A stretch of 50,936 nucleotides of DNA from positions 1 through 50,936 of the forward strand of contig CAUJFR010000414.1 in the NCBI GenBank assembly GCA_963169885.1. The letters run 5' to 3'. Below, piece after piece: positions 36,867 to 48,615 of the stretch (the first letter of the stretch is position 1; the number at the start of each line of letters is the position of its first letter). The translations under genes and the position numbers were made by a program. The notes under the pieces were generated by a model. That model was not told where the DNA came from. It was given only the letters and a program-made list of their open reading frames with translations, and searched no databases. The DNA comes from Bacteroidota bacterium. Its GTDB lineage: Bacteria; Bacteroidota; Bacteroidia; Chitinophagales; Chitinophagaceae.

Positions 36867-38075
36867 ATGCTGGATACCATAGAAAGTGCTATCGAAGACA
36901 TAAAAATGGGCAAATTAGTAGTAGTAGTGGACGATGAGGACCGTGAAAATGAGGGCGATTTCGTGACCGCGGCCCGGAATGCGACCCCGGAGCTGATCAA
37001 TTTTATGAGTAAATATGGCCGGGGACTGATATGCGCCTCCCTGCCGGAAGAACGCTGCCAGGAGTTAGGATTAGACCTGATGGTGCGGAAAAATACGGCC
37101 CTGCACGAAACTGCATTCACCGTAAGTGTTGATTTACTGGGAGATGACTGCGGAACCGGCATCTCTGCCCAGGACCGTTCCAAGACCATACTGGCCCTGA
37201 TCAACCCCGAAACCCGGCCTGAACAACTCGCCCGGCCCGGACATATCTTCCCCCTGATCTCGAAAAAGGGCGGAGTACTGCGCCGTGCCGGTCATACCGA
37301 GGCGGCCACCGACCTGGCCCGGATGGCCGGATTTGAACCAGGGGGGGTGCTGGTGGAAATCATGAATGAAGACGGCTCTATGGCCCGCCTGCCCCAACTG
37401 GAGGAAGTGGCCCGGATCCACGGATTAAAGATTATTTCAATAAAAGACCTGATCGAATACCGGGCTCATACAGAATCCCTGATAGAGGAAGTGGTTCGGG
37501 TCCAGATGCCCACCCAATATGGGGAATTCCAACTGGTGGCATTTAAGGAAAAAAACTCCCAGAATGAGCATATGGCCCTGATGAAGGGTACCTGGACTAA
37601 AGAAGAACCTGTACTGGTACGCGTCCATTCCTCCTGTTTTACCGGCGATATTCTCGGCTCCCTTCGTTGTGATTGCGGTGAACAGTTGCACCAGGCCATG
37701 CAAATGGTGGAAAAAGAGGGCAAGGGCGCAATATTATATATGAATCAGGAAGGCCGTGGCATCGGTTTACTCAATAAATTAAAAGCCTATAAACTACAGG
37801 AAGAAGGCATGGATACCGTGGAAGCCAATCTTCATTTGGGTTTCTCCATGGACCAACGCGATTATGGTATTGGTGCCCAGATGATCCGTCATCTCGGTAT
37901 TTCCAAATTAAAGCTGATGACCAATAACCCGAAGAAAAGGGTGGGACTGATCGGCTACGGACTGGAAATTGTAGAAAATGTTCCCATTGAAAGCTGCCCG
38001 AACCCGCACAACGAAAAATACCTGCAAACCAAACGGGATAAAATGGGGCATGAAATTTTGAAACAGGATTGCTGA
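36867..38075 (+). CDS. ribBA: Bifunctional DHBP synthase / GTP cyclohydrolase II
   Basis: [23 protein letters not shown]; [32 protein letters not shown]; start ATG 36867 after TATTTTTG. Confidence 0.97.
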   Translation: MLDTIESAIEDIKMGKLVVVVDDEDRENEGDFVTAARNATPELINFMSKYGRGLICASLPEERCQELGLDLMVRKNTALHETAFTVSVDLLGDDCGTGISAQDRSKTILALINPETRPEQLARPGHIFPLISKKGGVLRRAGHTEAATDLARMAGFEPGGVLVEIMNEDGSMARLPQLEEVARIHGLKIISIKDLIEYRAHTESLIEEVVRVQMPTQYGEFQLVAFKEKNSQNEHMALMKGTWTKEEPVLVRVHSSCFTGDILGSLRCDCGEQLHQAMQMVEKEGKGAILYMNQEGRGIGLLNKLKAYKLQEEGMDTVEANLHLGFSMDQRDYGIGAQMIRHLGISKLKLMTNNPKKRVGLIGYGLEIVENVPIESCPNPHNEKYLQTKRDKMGHEILKQDC

Positions 38076-38081
38076 TCCGGG

Positions 38082-41000
38082 CTATTCCTCTTCCGACTTG
38101 ATTGCCGCATCCGGTTTAACTACATTGGCCGGTGGGGGTGGATCGGGTGACGGTTTGTTTTTCTTTTTAAATAGGTCTTTAAAAATATCCCAGACCCTGT
38201 CCACATCTTTCCGGTAAGAGATACTGGCCCCGGTGCGTCGTGCCCGGGTGGTAGAGGCATTGGAAGAAGTGGTCATGTAATCGGCATTCTCCCGGTAAAA
38301 GAAAGTGGCCCGGATCGTCCCTTTTTCATTAATCAGCCATTCCAGTGTTACATCCGGCAGCAACAGTATATTTTGCTGGATATTCGTTTGTCCTGTCTGA
38401 CTCAGCGGTGCATCAAAACCCACCCCGGTGGAGATAATAAACCGGTTATTAAAGAAAGATCGCCCGATACTGAAGTTTACATTACTGCTAAGGTTCAGCG
38501 CGGTTTTACTTGCCTCATCCAGGTTCCGGTTATAGAATGACGTGTTGAAATTAATATTATACTTATCACTTTTCAACAGGTTGCCAAACAGTTTATTCAG
38601 CTGATCACTTAATACCCCTAATAGCATCCCGGAAATGGTACTCACCCCGAGGTTGGCTCCTGCCAGGTCACCCGACAATTCGCTCGGGGCAAAACTGTTA
38701 AATACGATGAGGTAGGTTACCTGCCTGTTGATCTCATTCAGGTTCTTCTGCATTTGCTGTACGAGCAGGGTCAGTTCCGGATCAGTCCTTGCCACACTGT
38801 TGGACGGGAAGTCCAGTGCGAAATTGATCTGTGGTTTAAACAGTTTATCGGTCAGCGTGGCCACCACATATACATCGCCTCTCGTATTACTGATGTTTGA
38901 CGTTAGATTTAATGAACTGGCCAGCGGGGCAAAACTCACATTATTGGCATTGTATACCGCTTCAAATTTGATATTGGCATCATAGGGGTCCCCGTTCCAT
39001 TCAATATAATTATGCGATCCCTTCCTGATTTCAAATGGTTTTTTGAAAAAAGACTGGAAGGTAAACAGGTAGTTTCCTTCCTCGATATCAAACCGTCCTC
39101 TCAGACTCAGTGGTTCAGCGGTGCCTGAACGGATATTCAGGGTGCCTGATCCTTTTCCTTTGATCTCATCGCCGGTCAGCTCATCCAGGATCACTTTCAC
39201 CGTAACCATCGGATTGGCGGTAACTTCCACATCATAAATGATATTCGTGGCATTGCCGCTCAGGTCGGCTTCGTTCATTTCCCGTCCGTATTTCCGTTCG
39301 ATCAGAAAGTCCGCAATCCCGCTCTCCCGGCTGGAAGAGGGGGGCAGGGTGATATAGCTGCTGTCTTTTTCAGACGCATTAGCATTGATGGTCATCACCA
39401 TCTCTGACTGGTAGCCGAATAACTGCAAAACGCCGGTGCCTTTTACATTGCCATAAAAGGTCTGGTTATCACTAAATGTGGTATTCAGCAATTGCACCGG
39501 CTTATTGGCTTTGTCCCCGTCTTTTACCGTAGTGCCGGGCTTACGGGTGGATATTACCAGGTCATAGAACATGTCCCGGAAAGACTGGTGATCGATTCCC
39601 CCGGTAATATAGATCGGATTTCGTGTAATGGTGTCTGTTAGTACAATGCCGTCGAGATTAATTTTCTCTTTGGTCAGTTCAATGTCTGTGTCCTGTATTT
39701 TATAATAGCACTGGGTGAAATTCACCCGTAAGCCGGCATCCTTCAGCCGGCCTTTACCGGTAACACCGAGATCGTCAAACGGCCCGCTGATATCTATATC
39801 CCCGGTCAGGAATCCCTGCATATCTGAAAATAAACTGCCGAGGAATCGTTCCAGTACTTTGATCGGAAAGCTGCGGGCTTTCAACGCGATGATATTCTTT
39901 TTCGCGTCCTCTTCCTCACCGAAGAAAAGATCTATAGTATAACCCAAATAGCTTTCCTGGTTAACGGTACTGCCTTTAACCTTCAGTTCATTATCCTTAC
40001 TGTTGTACAAAACGCTGGCCCGCAGTTCGCCAATGGAATCGTTGTCCATCCGTAAGTAACGGGTGGCAATATCTTCGGATGTGACCAGCATATGATCGCC
40101 CTGGTCTTCCACAAGGATATTTCCCGAAAGCAGCCCTTCCAGCCGGTTTTTGGGCAGGAAGAAAGGCGCAAAGTCATTCAGGTTCACATTGCTCAATTCC
40201 ACCAACAGGTCACTGCCATTCCCGACTTCAGAAGGCCGGGTCTTCATCACAATCCGTTGTTCTCCCTCGGATAGTACAAGGTCGCCCTGAGCCGGGTTGT
40301 TTTTCCGGAAAATGAGTTCACCTCCATCATCAATCGTCCATAGTTTTCCGTTAATGGTAAATGTGGAAGGATCCATATCAATCCGCACCCCGTCACTATA
40401 CGTTTGTACCAGGGCATTGAGGTCTCCTTTCTCCACGTTCTGATTGGCTCCGGCATGAATACTGACCCTTGACGAATCATTGCGGGCATGAACGGTAAAA
40501 TCAGCCGCCGGGATATTCAGACTGTCATTGATCCGGATATTATTGGTTTTCCCGAAGAGTACCAGGCTGTCGTAATTACCTGCAGCGGTGAACTGAACAT
40601 TATCAAAATTATACTGCTTATAATGCAATTGCGGAACATCGGCTGTAAAGTTGAGTTCATTACGTGCCAGGTTCAGGGTGCCTTCAAAATGGCTGTTGTT
40701 AAAACCGGTTATTCCGGGTATCAGCAGTTTCACATATTCATCAACATAATACGTATTGATGTCAAACCGGATGTCCTGGTACCGGGGCTGTTTTTTGGGC
40801 GCTTTTATATAAGCCGGGTAATAACGGCTCAGAAAATAGGTGAAAGCGTCCGGCAGCTCTTCCAGGCTGTAATCTCCCTTAATGGTGGCGGTAAATTCAT
40901 TGGATACCGCGGATAGTGTTTTTGTACTGTCTGCAAAGGAAGATGTAACAATCAGCGAATCGAAGGGCAGCGGGCTGCCGTTTTTAAGGAGCTCAGCTTC

Positions 41001-42950
41001 TGTAATACGGGCTTCACCAAGGAAATTGTCGATAGTACTGCTGGTGAAATTAAAATTCAGTTTGCCCCTGAAATCAATACTGTCGGGTGTAATGTTCAGG
41101 TCTTTCAGATTGGCCTTTTCCACGTTTGCCAGCAGGTTGAACCGCGGGGTGGCACTGTTGAAATCAATCAGGCCCGACATATCCAGTTTCAGGTGTGCAT
41201 CATCGATAGAAGCGGTACCATCAAAACGTTTTTTATCCAGTTTCCCTTTAACGCTGATATTCGAATACCGGTAATTTTTGTATTCGGCATAACGGATATT
41301 TCCATCCACTAAAGTGTTCCTGCCAGACTCACTGAATCCTCTTCCTTTAACGGTGCCGGTCATAGATACCCCGCCGATATCCGGATCACCCAGGAATTCA
41401 CCTAACCTGAAATTGTCTGTGGCGATAGATCCGGAATAGACAGGTTCCTGACCGGCAGGTAATTTCATATTCAGGTCACTCCGGATCGTACCAAGGTTGG
41501 TCTGAATAGTGCCATACGTAACGAAATCATTGATGAAGCCGGTGAAACTGCCTGCAAAGGACAGGTACTGTATCTTGCTGAGATCCGGGCTTTTTATTTT
41601 CCGGATCGAAGGCAGGATCTGAACTGCATCAGAATAAACGGTCCGGAAATTATTGGCTTTGAAATCTATAAAAGTCTGGTTGATATCGGGAAGTCCGGTC
41701 AGCGAAATATCCCCATTCAGCAGGGTATTATTACCGGCCTGCAGCAGTAAGTCATTTCCCGAAAGGTCATCCACGGTTCCCCTCACTTTCCCTTTCAGCG
41801 CAATACGTTTATTCCAATCGGCCATCTCCGGCGCAAAGAAGGCAATGTCATCACTGTCAATATGTGAATCCGCAAATTGTGCCGACAGTTTTACTTTATG
41901 AATAAAATCACCGAGTTCACTCATGTCATTGTAAGACATGGAAAAATAATTCCGGAGCTGGCTGTTATTCGTCTGCAGGTCCAGGTTATTAAATGTCATT
42001 CCCTGCGGGGTCATTTTCATATCCGCGGAAAGATTCTTTACTTCCAGCCCGCTTCTTTCCTTTGCACTGATCTGTAGTTTTGAAAATACCGTATCCCCGG
42101 TAAAAGTGGAGTTATTGAGGTTGGCATTGATGCCGGTAAAGTGGATATGTAAACCGTCAAAATGGGCCAATGCAGCCCGTTCTGTCTGCCGGTCACTGCT
42201 GAATGAACCGTTCGTGATGTTCAGTTCCCCGATTTTAAAAACAGTACGGGCTTCATTCCAGGCAGCCGTTGTATCCGTAGACGGAGTGGATGTTCTTTTA
42301 ACCGTTGCGGGCTTCAGTTTGGAATAACTGTAGAGCGCAACTTCGGGATTAATGAGCTGGAGGGAATTAATTTCAAAACGGTTACCGGTGAGACCCAGGT
42401 TATTGGCATCGAGGTTCAGTGCCCCGACCCTGATACGCATATCTTCTCCCAGCCAGGCGTCTTTCTTAATGAATGTGACATTCTTCAGTTCCGCTTTTTT
42501 AAGATTCAGTTGTACGCCGCTTTTTTTCTTTTTACCAGTACCAGCTGAGGAAGAGGAGAAATAGTCAAAGATGAATTGTTGTCTCCAGACAGAATCCGTG
42601 CGCTGGAATTTCACCACTGCATTTTCCAGTCCTACGTACTTTAGTTCAATATTGTCCTTCAGGAAAAACCAGTCGGTAATCCGGACTTTCAAATCACCTG
42701 CGTACAGAAGGGTATCACCTGCCCGGTCTTCCAGTAACAAACCCTCCAGGTGCATTTTATCGAAAAGGGAAAAATCAATTCGTTTGATAGTGATTTTGGT
42801 CTGCAGGTCTTTCGACAAACGATGTGTTACCTGCTTAACGATCCAGTTCTGCCCCCAGGGGGTTTGAATAAAGATATAAGCCCCTGCGATCAGCAGCAGT
42901 AAACAGATAAAAAACCATTTCAGTATTTTTTTAAACCGCTTCAGGTTCAA
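38082..42950 (-). CDS. tamB: Translocation and assembly module TamB / AsmA-like protein
   Basis: N-terminal TM anchor (IQTPWGQN), 1622-aa beta-rich body, C-terminal DUF490-like region (G.G.G.L, WNGDPYDA). Confidence 0.85.
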   Translation of the reverse strand: MNLKRFKKILKWFFICLLLLIAGAYIFIQTPWGQNWIVKQVTHRLSKDLQTKITIKRIDFSLFDKMHLEGLLLEDRAGDTLLYAGDLKVRITDWFFLKDNIELKYVGLENAVVKFQRTDSVWRQQFIFDYFSSSSAGTGKKKKSGVQLNLKKAELKNVTFIKKDAWLGEDMRIRVGALNLDANNLGLTGNRFEINSLQLINPEVALYSYSKLKPATVKRTSTPSTDTTAAWNEARTVFKIGELNITNGSFSSDRQTERAALAHFDGLHIHFTGINANLNNSTFTGDTVFSKLQISAKERSGLEVKNLSADMKMTPQGMTFNNLDLQTNNSQLRNYFSMSYNDMSELGDFIHKVKLSAQFADSHIDSDDIAFFAPEMADWNKRIALKGKVRGTVDDLSGNDLLLQAGNNTLLNGDISLTGLPDINQTFIDFKANNFRTVYSDAVQILPSIRKIKSPDLSKIQYLSFAGSFTGFINDFVTYGTIQTNLGTIRSDLNMKLPAGQEPVYSGSIATDNFRLGEFLGDPDIGGVSMTGTVKGRGFSESGRNTLVDGNIRYAEYKNYRYSNISVKGKLDKKRFDGTASIDDAHLKLDMSGLIDFNSATPRFNLLANVEKANLKDLNITPDSIDFRGKLNFNFTSSTIDNFLGEARITEAELLKNGSPLPFDSLIVTSSFADSTKTLSAVSNEFTATIKGDYSLEELPDAFTYFLSRYYPAYIKAPKKQPRYQDIRFDINTYYVDEYVKLLIPGITGFNNSHFEGTLNLARNELNFTADVPQLHYKQYNFDNVQFTAAGNYDSLVLFGKTNNIRINDSLNIPAADFTVHARNDSSRVSIHAGANQNVEKGDLNALVQTYSDGVRIDMDPSTFTINGKLWTIDDGGELIFRKNNPAQGDLVLSEGEQRIVMKTRPSEVGNGSDLLVELSNVNLNDFAPFFLPKNRLEGLLSGNILVEDQGDHMLVTSEDIATRYLRMDNDSIGELRASVLYNSKDNELKVKGSTVNQESYLGYTIDLFFGEEEDAKKNIIALKARSFPIKVLERFLGSLFSDMQGFLTGDIDISGPFDDLGVTGKGRLKDAGLRVNFTQCYYKIQDTDIELTKEKINLDGIVLTDTITRNPIYITGGIDHQSFRDMFYDLVISTRKPGTTVKDGDKANKPVQLLNTTFSDNQTFYGNVKGTGVLQLFGYQSEMVMTINANASEKDSSYITLPPSSSRESGIADFLIERKYGREMNEADLSGNATNIIYDVEVTANPMVTVKVILDELTGDEIKGKGSGTLNIRSGTAEPLSLRGRFDIEEGNYLFTFQSFFKKPFEIRKGSHNYIEWNGDPYDANIKFEAVYNANNVSFAPLASSLNLTSNISNTRGDVYVVATLTDKLFKPQINFALDFPSNSVARTDPELTLLVQQMQKNLNEINRQVTYLIVFNSFAPSELSGDLAGANLGVSTISGMLLGVLSDQLNKLFGNLLKSDKYNINFNTSFYNRNLDEASKTALNLSSNVNFSIGRSFFNNRFIISTGVGFDAPLSQTGQTNIQQNILLLPDVTLEWLINEKGTIRATFFYRENADYMTTSSNASTTRARRTGASISYRKDVDRVWDIFKDLFKKKNKPSPDPPPPANVVKPDAAIKSEEE

Positions 42951-43076
42951 CTATTTATTTGTAAAAATACGTAATCGCTTCCTACAGGCAAATTCAATAC
43001 CAATCCGCATAATGAAAGGAAAATTGGTAAAACAAGTATCAGTTCTGGTCCGGTCGTCCGGAACAGCCCGATTCTT

Positions 43077-43110
43077 AAAAAAAAAGGCTGCTCCGGTACA
43101 GGAACAGCCG
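43077..43110 (-). terminator. Intrinsic terminator
   Basis: Minus strand GGCTGTTCC-TGTACC-GGAGCAGCC followed by T9. Confidence 0.8.
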
Positions 43111-43132
43111 TAAACTATTTTAGTTCCATCCG

Positions 43133-44677
43133 TTAAATTTTAAATCCAAGGGTCAGTAACACGTTCCCGCCGGTTTGTTTAAGGGTGGCCGCACTGAATG
43201 GCCGGTTCTGCAAACGGTAGGCAAAATCCACATCCTTACCCATGGTATGTACATAGGTCAGGTCAATGAAAATGCCCTTATGCCGGTAGCCAAGTCCGCC
43301 GGATAGCAGGAACCTGCTCCCTTTTTCTCCGGCAATATCCTGATAGGGATTTCCGTAATAGGCAATGCCAAGCCGGGTCATTATCGTTGTGAACTTCAGC
43401 TCACCACCGGCCCTGAAATTAAATGCTCCTTTATAGGCATTGTCAATAGCCTTATTCAGGGATTTCAGGTAATCTTTCGTTCCCTGGCTATTATCACCTT
43501 CCGGATCGGAGGTATAAGAAGATGCTTTATAATTCACATACTCAATATCTGCAGTCAGGAATCCTCTTTGTTTCCGTACATCTTCAATTTCCCGGAGTAC
43601 ATAAGAGGCACTGGCCATTAACCGGTAGGGGGTAAACATCCAGTATGAAAACTGGCCATCCTGATTATTATTCAGAAATGAGGAGGTTTGTGACATTGTA
43701 CCCTGATAGCTCTCCGTGTTGGTGGTAACAGAAGCACTGTACTGGTCGGTCAGCCGGTAAAAGCTGGGTGTATGAAAGGCCAGTCCAAGGCGTACATGTT
43801 CCACCGGTTTATAAATGACGCCCATTTTCAGGTTAACCCCGGAACCCTTTGTTTCGAGATTCTGTGTAAATACAGCGTAATCAAATTTATTATTGGGATC
43901 AGTACCTGCATCCGCTTCTGTAAAAGTAGAAGTCCGGTCATAACGCAGGAAGGGTACCCCCAGGGTGAAGCCCATAAACCACTTATCATGTGATGCACCT
44001 GCAAAAGCCAGGGCCAGTTCGGTGATCCCTCCACGGGATTCCACTACATTTTCCTGGAACAGACCGGTGCCAAAAGGAGCCCGGGTCTGAAACTGATAGT
44101 TGCCGGAACTGCCCCCGGCCACAGTATCAATCCAATAGGTATTAAAAGCGAGACTACTGCCAAACGGATAGTTTTGGGCAACCGCATTGGCATCAGTTAC
44201 TCCGTTGATTTCTTCCAGAAACTTATGGGAATAGGAACTCTGGTTGTTTTGTCCGCGGTAAAGCAGGTTGGTGCCAAAATTCGCCGTGCGGTTAATCGCC
44301 AATGCAAATGCAGAACTGGAATTCCGTCCTTTCCTGTCTTTTTCAGCCCCATTGCCGATTACCAGCCCGGATGCACCAAAAGAAGCATACTTCCGGTTGT
44401 CTTTTTCCTGGCGGGAATAATAGGTAGCATTATTGTTCCATAAGTTAAACCCGGGACTCAGGACAAAATCGCCGGTTTTGTAAAAACCAAGGCCGGCCGG
44501 ATTTACATACGCGGCGGAAAGATCGCCACCCAGGGAGGCCATGGCTCCGCCGACAGCCTGTTGCCGGGCCGTACCGGAGGACACGTTCCAGGAATAACGA
44601 AGGGCATCGGTTGGATCCTGGGCCAATAAGGGGCCGGCACAGGCAAAAGAAGTCAGTATGAAAATTATTTTTTTCAT
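43133..44677 (-). CDS. OmpP1/FadL-family outer membrane protein
   Basis: DALRYS..GTAR..AVGGA.ASLGGDLSA..VNPAGLG N-terminal hatch; beta-barrel pattern; C-terminal TLGFKI. Confidence 0.85.
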   Translation of the reverse strand: MKKIIFILTSFACAGPLLAQDPTDALRYSWNVSSGTARQQAVGGAMASLGGDLSAAYVNPAGLGFYKTGDFVLSPGFNLWNNNATYYSRQEKDNRKYASFGASGLVIGNGAEKDRKGRNSSSAFALAINRTANFGTNLLYRGQNNQSSYSHKFLEEINGVTDANAVAQNYPFGSSLAFNTYWIDTVAGGSSGNYQFQTRAPFGTGLFQENVVESRGGITELALAFAGASHDKWFMGFTLGVPFLRYDRTSTFTEADAGTDPNNKFDYAVFTQNLETKGSGVNLKMGVIYKPVEHVRLGLAFHTPSFYRLTDQYSASVTTNTESYQGTMSQTSSFLNNNQDGQFSYWMFTPYRLMASASYVLREIEDVRKQRGFLTADIEYVNYKASSYTSDPEGDNSQGTKDYLKSLNKAIDNAYKGAFNFRAGGELKFTTIMTRLGIAYYGNPYQDIAGEKGSRFLLSGGLGYRHKGIFIDLTYVHTMGKDVDFAYRLQNRPFSAATLKQTGGNVLLTLGFKI

Positions 44678-44761
44678 GATAACAGTGAATTACAGGTAGA
44701 CAATAGTGGTTCCAGTATTGCTGGACAGTTTACAAAGCCGGTCATTGTTTCCGTTGTTGAA

Positions 44762-45481
44762 TTAGAAACGGCGAACCGGGGCGCTGCTGCCAGAAGAGGA
44801 ACCAGAACTGCTGGATGAACTGCTGGAAGAAGACGATGAAGAAGAAGGTTTTGTGCCGGAAGAACTGCCGGACGATGAATTATTATTTCCTCCGCTGAAA
44901 ATGGTCCGTAACAGGTTGCCGGTATTGCTTCCGGAGTTGGAACTGCTGTTTCTCGGAGCGGTATAGGTATTGCCGTTATACCCGTTATTGCTATTCCCGG
45001 GTAAACTGTATTTAGGATTGTTAAATTGTGTTTTCGGATTGGAAACGGTGCTGGTGTTTTTCGGATTATAAGTATTCAGATTCGCCATCCGGGGTTTTGG
45101 CGGGTTGGAAGCAAAACTATTGTTTACAAAGATCGTTTGGGAACAATAGGGATTGTAATAATAATTCCAGGTATTATACGGGTTATAATAGGAACCATAA
45201 TAATAATTGTGGCCGAAACCAAAACGCTCGTATGCGTACCAGTCGTTCAGATCGTTCCACTGATTACGGTTACGGATTTTCATCCGCAGGTAACGGTCTT
45301 CCTGGAAGTCCTCCTCATACCGGTAACGCCGGTCATCTTCTTTTTCTATACGAACATACTCATCCTGCGGACGGGTAGGGGAATAGTATACATCATCAGG
45401 GGTTTGCCCAGTTTTGTAGGCGGTGGTACAACTGCTCAGTGCAGCTACAACGAGTGCCAGGAGTAAAACAGATGATTTCAT
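44762..45481 (-). CDS. Lipoprotein with low-complexity Tyr/Asn/Ser-rich C-terminal region
   Basis: Lipobox LSS-C; TPDDVYYS motif; YYGSYYNPYN, Asn/Gly-rich and poly-Ser tail. Confidence 0.8.
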   Translation of the reverse strand: MKSSVLLLALVVAALSSCTTAYKTGQTPDDVYYSPTRPQDEYVRIEKEDDRRYRYEEDFQEDRYLRMKIRNRNQWNDLNDWYAYERFGFGHNYYYGSYYNPYNTWNYYYNPYCSQTIFVNNSFASNPPKPRMANLNTYNPKNTSTVSNPKTQFNNPKYSLPGNSNNGYNGNTYTAPRNSSSNSGSNTGNLLRTIFSGGNNNSSSGSSSGTKPSSSSSSSSSSSSSSGSSSGSSAPVRRF

Positions 45482-45648
45482 GGCAAATGGTTTATCGGGT
45501 TAAAGTTGAAGTTACTACTTTTGTGCGACTTATATGGATACACAATCGTTTGCATTGACAATACAAAGATTTAACCAATTCCGTGAATTATTGTATATCC
45601 GCCTGTTAAATAAGATTTAAAGCCTGAAAAGCAGTTAAACCAAGCAAT

Positions 45649-47127
45649 ATGAGCAAAGAGATCACATCGCGGGCCACCGATTATTCCCAATGGTACAATG
45701 ACTTAATCCTGAAGGGGGAACTGGCCGATTATTCCGCTGTCAGGGGCTGTATGGTGATAAAACCCTACGGATTTGCCCTATGGGAGCATATGCGGGACGC
45801 ACTGGACAAGATGTTCAAGGATACCGGGCACGTAAATGCCTACTTCCCGCTCTTTGTCCCGAAAAGCCTTTTTGAAGCCGAAGAAAAAAATGCGGAAGGT
45901 TTTGCCAAGGAATGCGCTATCGTAACACATTACCGGTTGAAAGCAGATCCCGCTAAACCAGGGAAACTGATGGTGGATCCCGAAGCCAAACTGGAAGAAG
46001 AACTGGTGATTCGTCCTACCAGTGAAGCAATCATCTGGAATACGTATAAAGACTGGATACAATCCTACCGCGACCTGCCCATCCTGGTGAACCAGTGGGC
46101 CAATGTGGTACGATGGGAAATGCGAACCCGGTTATTCCTTCGCACAGCTGAGTTTCTCTGGCAGGAAGGACATACCGCGCATGCCACCAAACAGGAAGCC
46201 ATTGAAGAAGCGGAGAAAATGCTTCATGTCTATGCCGATTTTGCCGAAAACTGGATGGCCGTTCCTGTGATCAAAGGGGTGAAATCCGCCAATGAACGCT
46301 TTGCCGGAGCGGAGGATACGTATTGCATTGAAGCGTTGATGCAGGACGGGAAAGCATTACAAGCCGGTACATCCCATTTTCTGGGACAGAATTTTGCCAA
46401 GGCATTTGATGTGAAATTTAGTGATAAGGAAAACAAACTGGAGTATGTATGGGCCACCAGTTGGGGCGTAAGTACCCGTCTGATCGGAGCCCTGGTAATG
46501 GCACATAGTGATGATCAGGGACTCATCCTGCCACCCCGGATTGCTCCTACCCAGGTGGTGATCGTACCGATTTATAAAGGAGATGAACAGAAAGCCCAGA
46601 TCGATGCCAGGGTGCAGGCGATCATGAGTGAGCTGAAAGCCCTTGGTATCCGGGTCAAATATGATGATAATGACAATGCCCGGCCCGGCTGGAAGTTTGC
46701 AGAATATGAAATGAAGGGTGTACCGGTACGTCTGGCTATCGGTGCCCGTGACCTCGAGAAAAATGTGGTGGAAGTGGCCCGCCGGGATACGAAAGAAAAG
46801 AATGTGGTCAGCCTTGATGGCATTGCCGGGTATGTCAATAATCTGTTGACGGAGATTCAGCAATTCATGTTTGATAAGGCAAAAGCCTACCGCGATGCCA
46901 ATATCACACCGGCAAACAGCTGGGAGGAGTTTGAAAAACTCCTGGACGAAAAAGGTGGTTTTATTTCCGCCCATTGGGATGGAACCCCTGAAACTGAAGA
47001 AGCCATTAAGGAAAAGACCAAAGCTACAATCCGTTGTATTCCGTTGGATAATCCACAGGAAGAAGGGAAGTGTATCTTTTCTGGGAAACCTTCAGTACAA
47101 CGGGTGCTTTTTGCAAGGGCTTATTAA
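45649..47127 (+). CDS. proS: Proline--tRNA ligase (archaeal/eukaryote type)
   Basis: [54 protein letters not shown]-terminal TIRCIP...FARAY. Confidence 0.98.
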   Translation: MSKEITSRATDYSQWYNDLILKGELADYSAVRGCMVIKPYGFALWEHMRDALDKMFKDTGHVNAYFPLFVPKSLFEAEEKNAEGFAKECAIVTHYRLKADPAKPGKLMVDPEAKLEEELVIRPTSEAIIWNTYKDWIQSYRDLPILVNQWANVVRWEMRTRLFLRTAEFLWQEGHTAHATKQEAIEEAEKMLHVYADFAENWMAVPVIKGVKSANERFAGAEDTYCIEALMQDGKALQAGTSHFLGQNFAKAFDVKFSDKENKLEYVWATSWGVSTRLIGALVMAHSDDQGLILPPRIAPTQVVIVPIYKGDEQKAQIDARVQAIMSELKALGIRVKYDDNDNARPGWKFAEYEMKGVPVRLAIGARDLEKNVVEVARRDTKEKNVVSLDGIAGYVNNLLTEIQQFMFDKAKAYRDANITPANSWEEFEKLLDEKGGFISAHWDGTPETEEAIKEKTKATIRCIPLDNPQEEGKCIFSGKPSVQRVLFARAY

Positions 47128-47227
47128 GCCGTGGATCGATTTCAACCGCTCCGGTTTGTTCAGCGCAAAATTATTTGCAGTAAACAGACCGGAGTTTTAT
47201 ATTTACTGAAACCTAAAAAAAAATTGT

Positions 47228-47692
47228 ATGGAACAACAACAGGAAAACTCATTATTTGGCCTTAGCATTGATAACGTAACGGCTGGTTATTTAAAAGAAA
47301 CTGCTTCCTGGGCGAAACTGCTTGCCATTGTAGGGATGATCGGTTGCGGGTTTATTGTTATCGGAGGCATTGTGGCGTCTATGGCGATCAGCAGCGCCAC
47401 CAGTGAGTTAAGTCGTGAAATGGGGGGCAGTGGTGCTTCAGCTGCGGCAGGCGCAGCGATGATGATTTTTTATATCATTATGGCGATTATCTACTTTTTC
47501 CCCTGTCTTTTTACACTCCGGTTTTCAAATCATATCAAAGTGGCATTAAATGCAAATGACCAGATGGCGCTGAATGAAGGTATGCGTAATTTAAAGGCGA
47601 CCTTCCGTTTCATGGGGGTGATCACCATCATCTTTATTTCTTTGTTTTTACTGTTATTCTTACTGGGGGGACTCGGTGCCGTAATGGGCTAA
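47228..47692 (+). CDS. DUF5362-like membrane protein
   Basis: YLKETASWAKLLAIVG, IYFFP..L.RFS, NLK..FRFMG; three TM helices. Confidence 0.75.
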   Translation: MEQQQENSLFGLSIDNVTAGYLKETASWAKLLAIVGMIGCGFIVIGGIVASMAISSATSELSREMGGSGASAAAGAAMMIFYIIMAIIYFFPCLFTLRFSNHIKVALNANDQMALNEGMRNLKATFRFMGVITIIFISLFLLLFLLGGLGAVMG

Positions 47693-47705
47693 TCGCTCCA
47701 ATGGT

Positions 47706-48521
47706 TCAATTGGTAGAAAGGAAATTATAATCTTTCAGGAGTAAATCCAGAAAATCAAAAGCAGGCATACCTGATTCAATTTTCAGGTGTGCCTTTATTT
47801 TTGCGGCAGCCGTTTCCGCCATATGGTAATCCCCTTTACGGCGCGCGGTGTCCAGGATATTCTTAATGGAATTGATATCCCGGTCACTCAGCTGCATGAT
47901 CTGAGGAAAAGAGGGGACATAACTGTCGGCCACTTCAATAAACACGGTATCTTCTATATCGCCTTTAGTCTGTGTGCGGATAAGGATCGTCCTCGCCAGC
48001 AAGTCGCCTAAGCGCTGCCCTTTTTTACTGGCTACAACCAAAATGATATCGGTGATAAAAAAGCCGATGACCGAAAGCACCAGAATGATCGCCTGTGTGT
48101 TTTCTCCGGTATATATTTTACCTAAACCCATTAAGAGTAAGAGCAAAAACCAGATATCCCTTAGCATCCAGCGGATAAACAACTGGCTGATGCCGGCTTT
48201 CCCCCCGTTCTCATTCACCACCCGCAGTTTCATAATCTTTTTTCCCAGGCTCTGTCCGTTCAGCAGGATCTCCATCGCAATATGATAAAAAAAGATCGGC
48301 CCCAATATAATAAAAAGAGAAGCCCAGTGGAGGTTCATCCAGTTTTCTTCCGACCGGGTGTTCATGGTCCCGGCTATTGAGGTAAGCAAGGCCACTGAAA
48401 TCTTGTAATAAATGATGAGGAGAATGGTATCAATAAAAAGGGCAAGGATCCTCCGGAAGAATTCAGGTACTTCGAATTCCAGGTCAATATTGAAATTGGT
48501 GGGAATCTTGATTACAGCCAT
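47706..48521 (-). CDS. RDD-family membrane protein
   Basis: RRILALFID, GQSLGKKIMKLRVV, QRLGDLLA.T. Confidence 0.9.
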   Translation of the reverse strand: MAVIKIPTNFNIDLEFEVPEFFRRILALFIDTILLIIYYKISVALLTSIAGTMNTRSEENWMNLHWASLFIILGPIFFYHIAMEILLNGQSLGKKIMKLRVVNENGGKAGISQLFIRWMLRDIWFLLLLLMGLGKIYTGENTQAIILVLSVIGFFITDIILVVASKKGQRLGDLLARTILIRTQTKGDIEDTVFIEVADSYVPSFPQIMQLSDRDINSIKNILDTARRKGDYHMAETAAAKIKAHLKIESGMPAFDFLDLLLKDYNFLSTN

Positions 48522-48615
48522 CGGGTAAAGGTAAGTACAGAACTGGAGAAATAATATTCGCCGGGTCCTGCTTTTCTTATTTTAAAAATAGTATTTTACA
48601 AGCAAAATTCATCGA

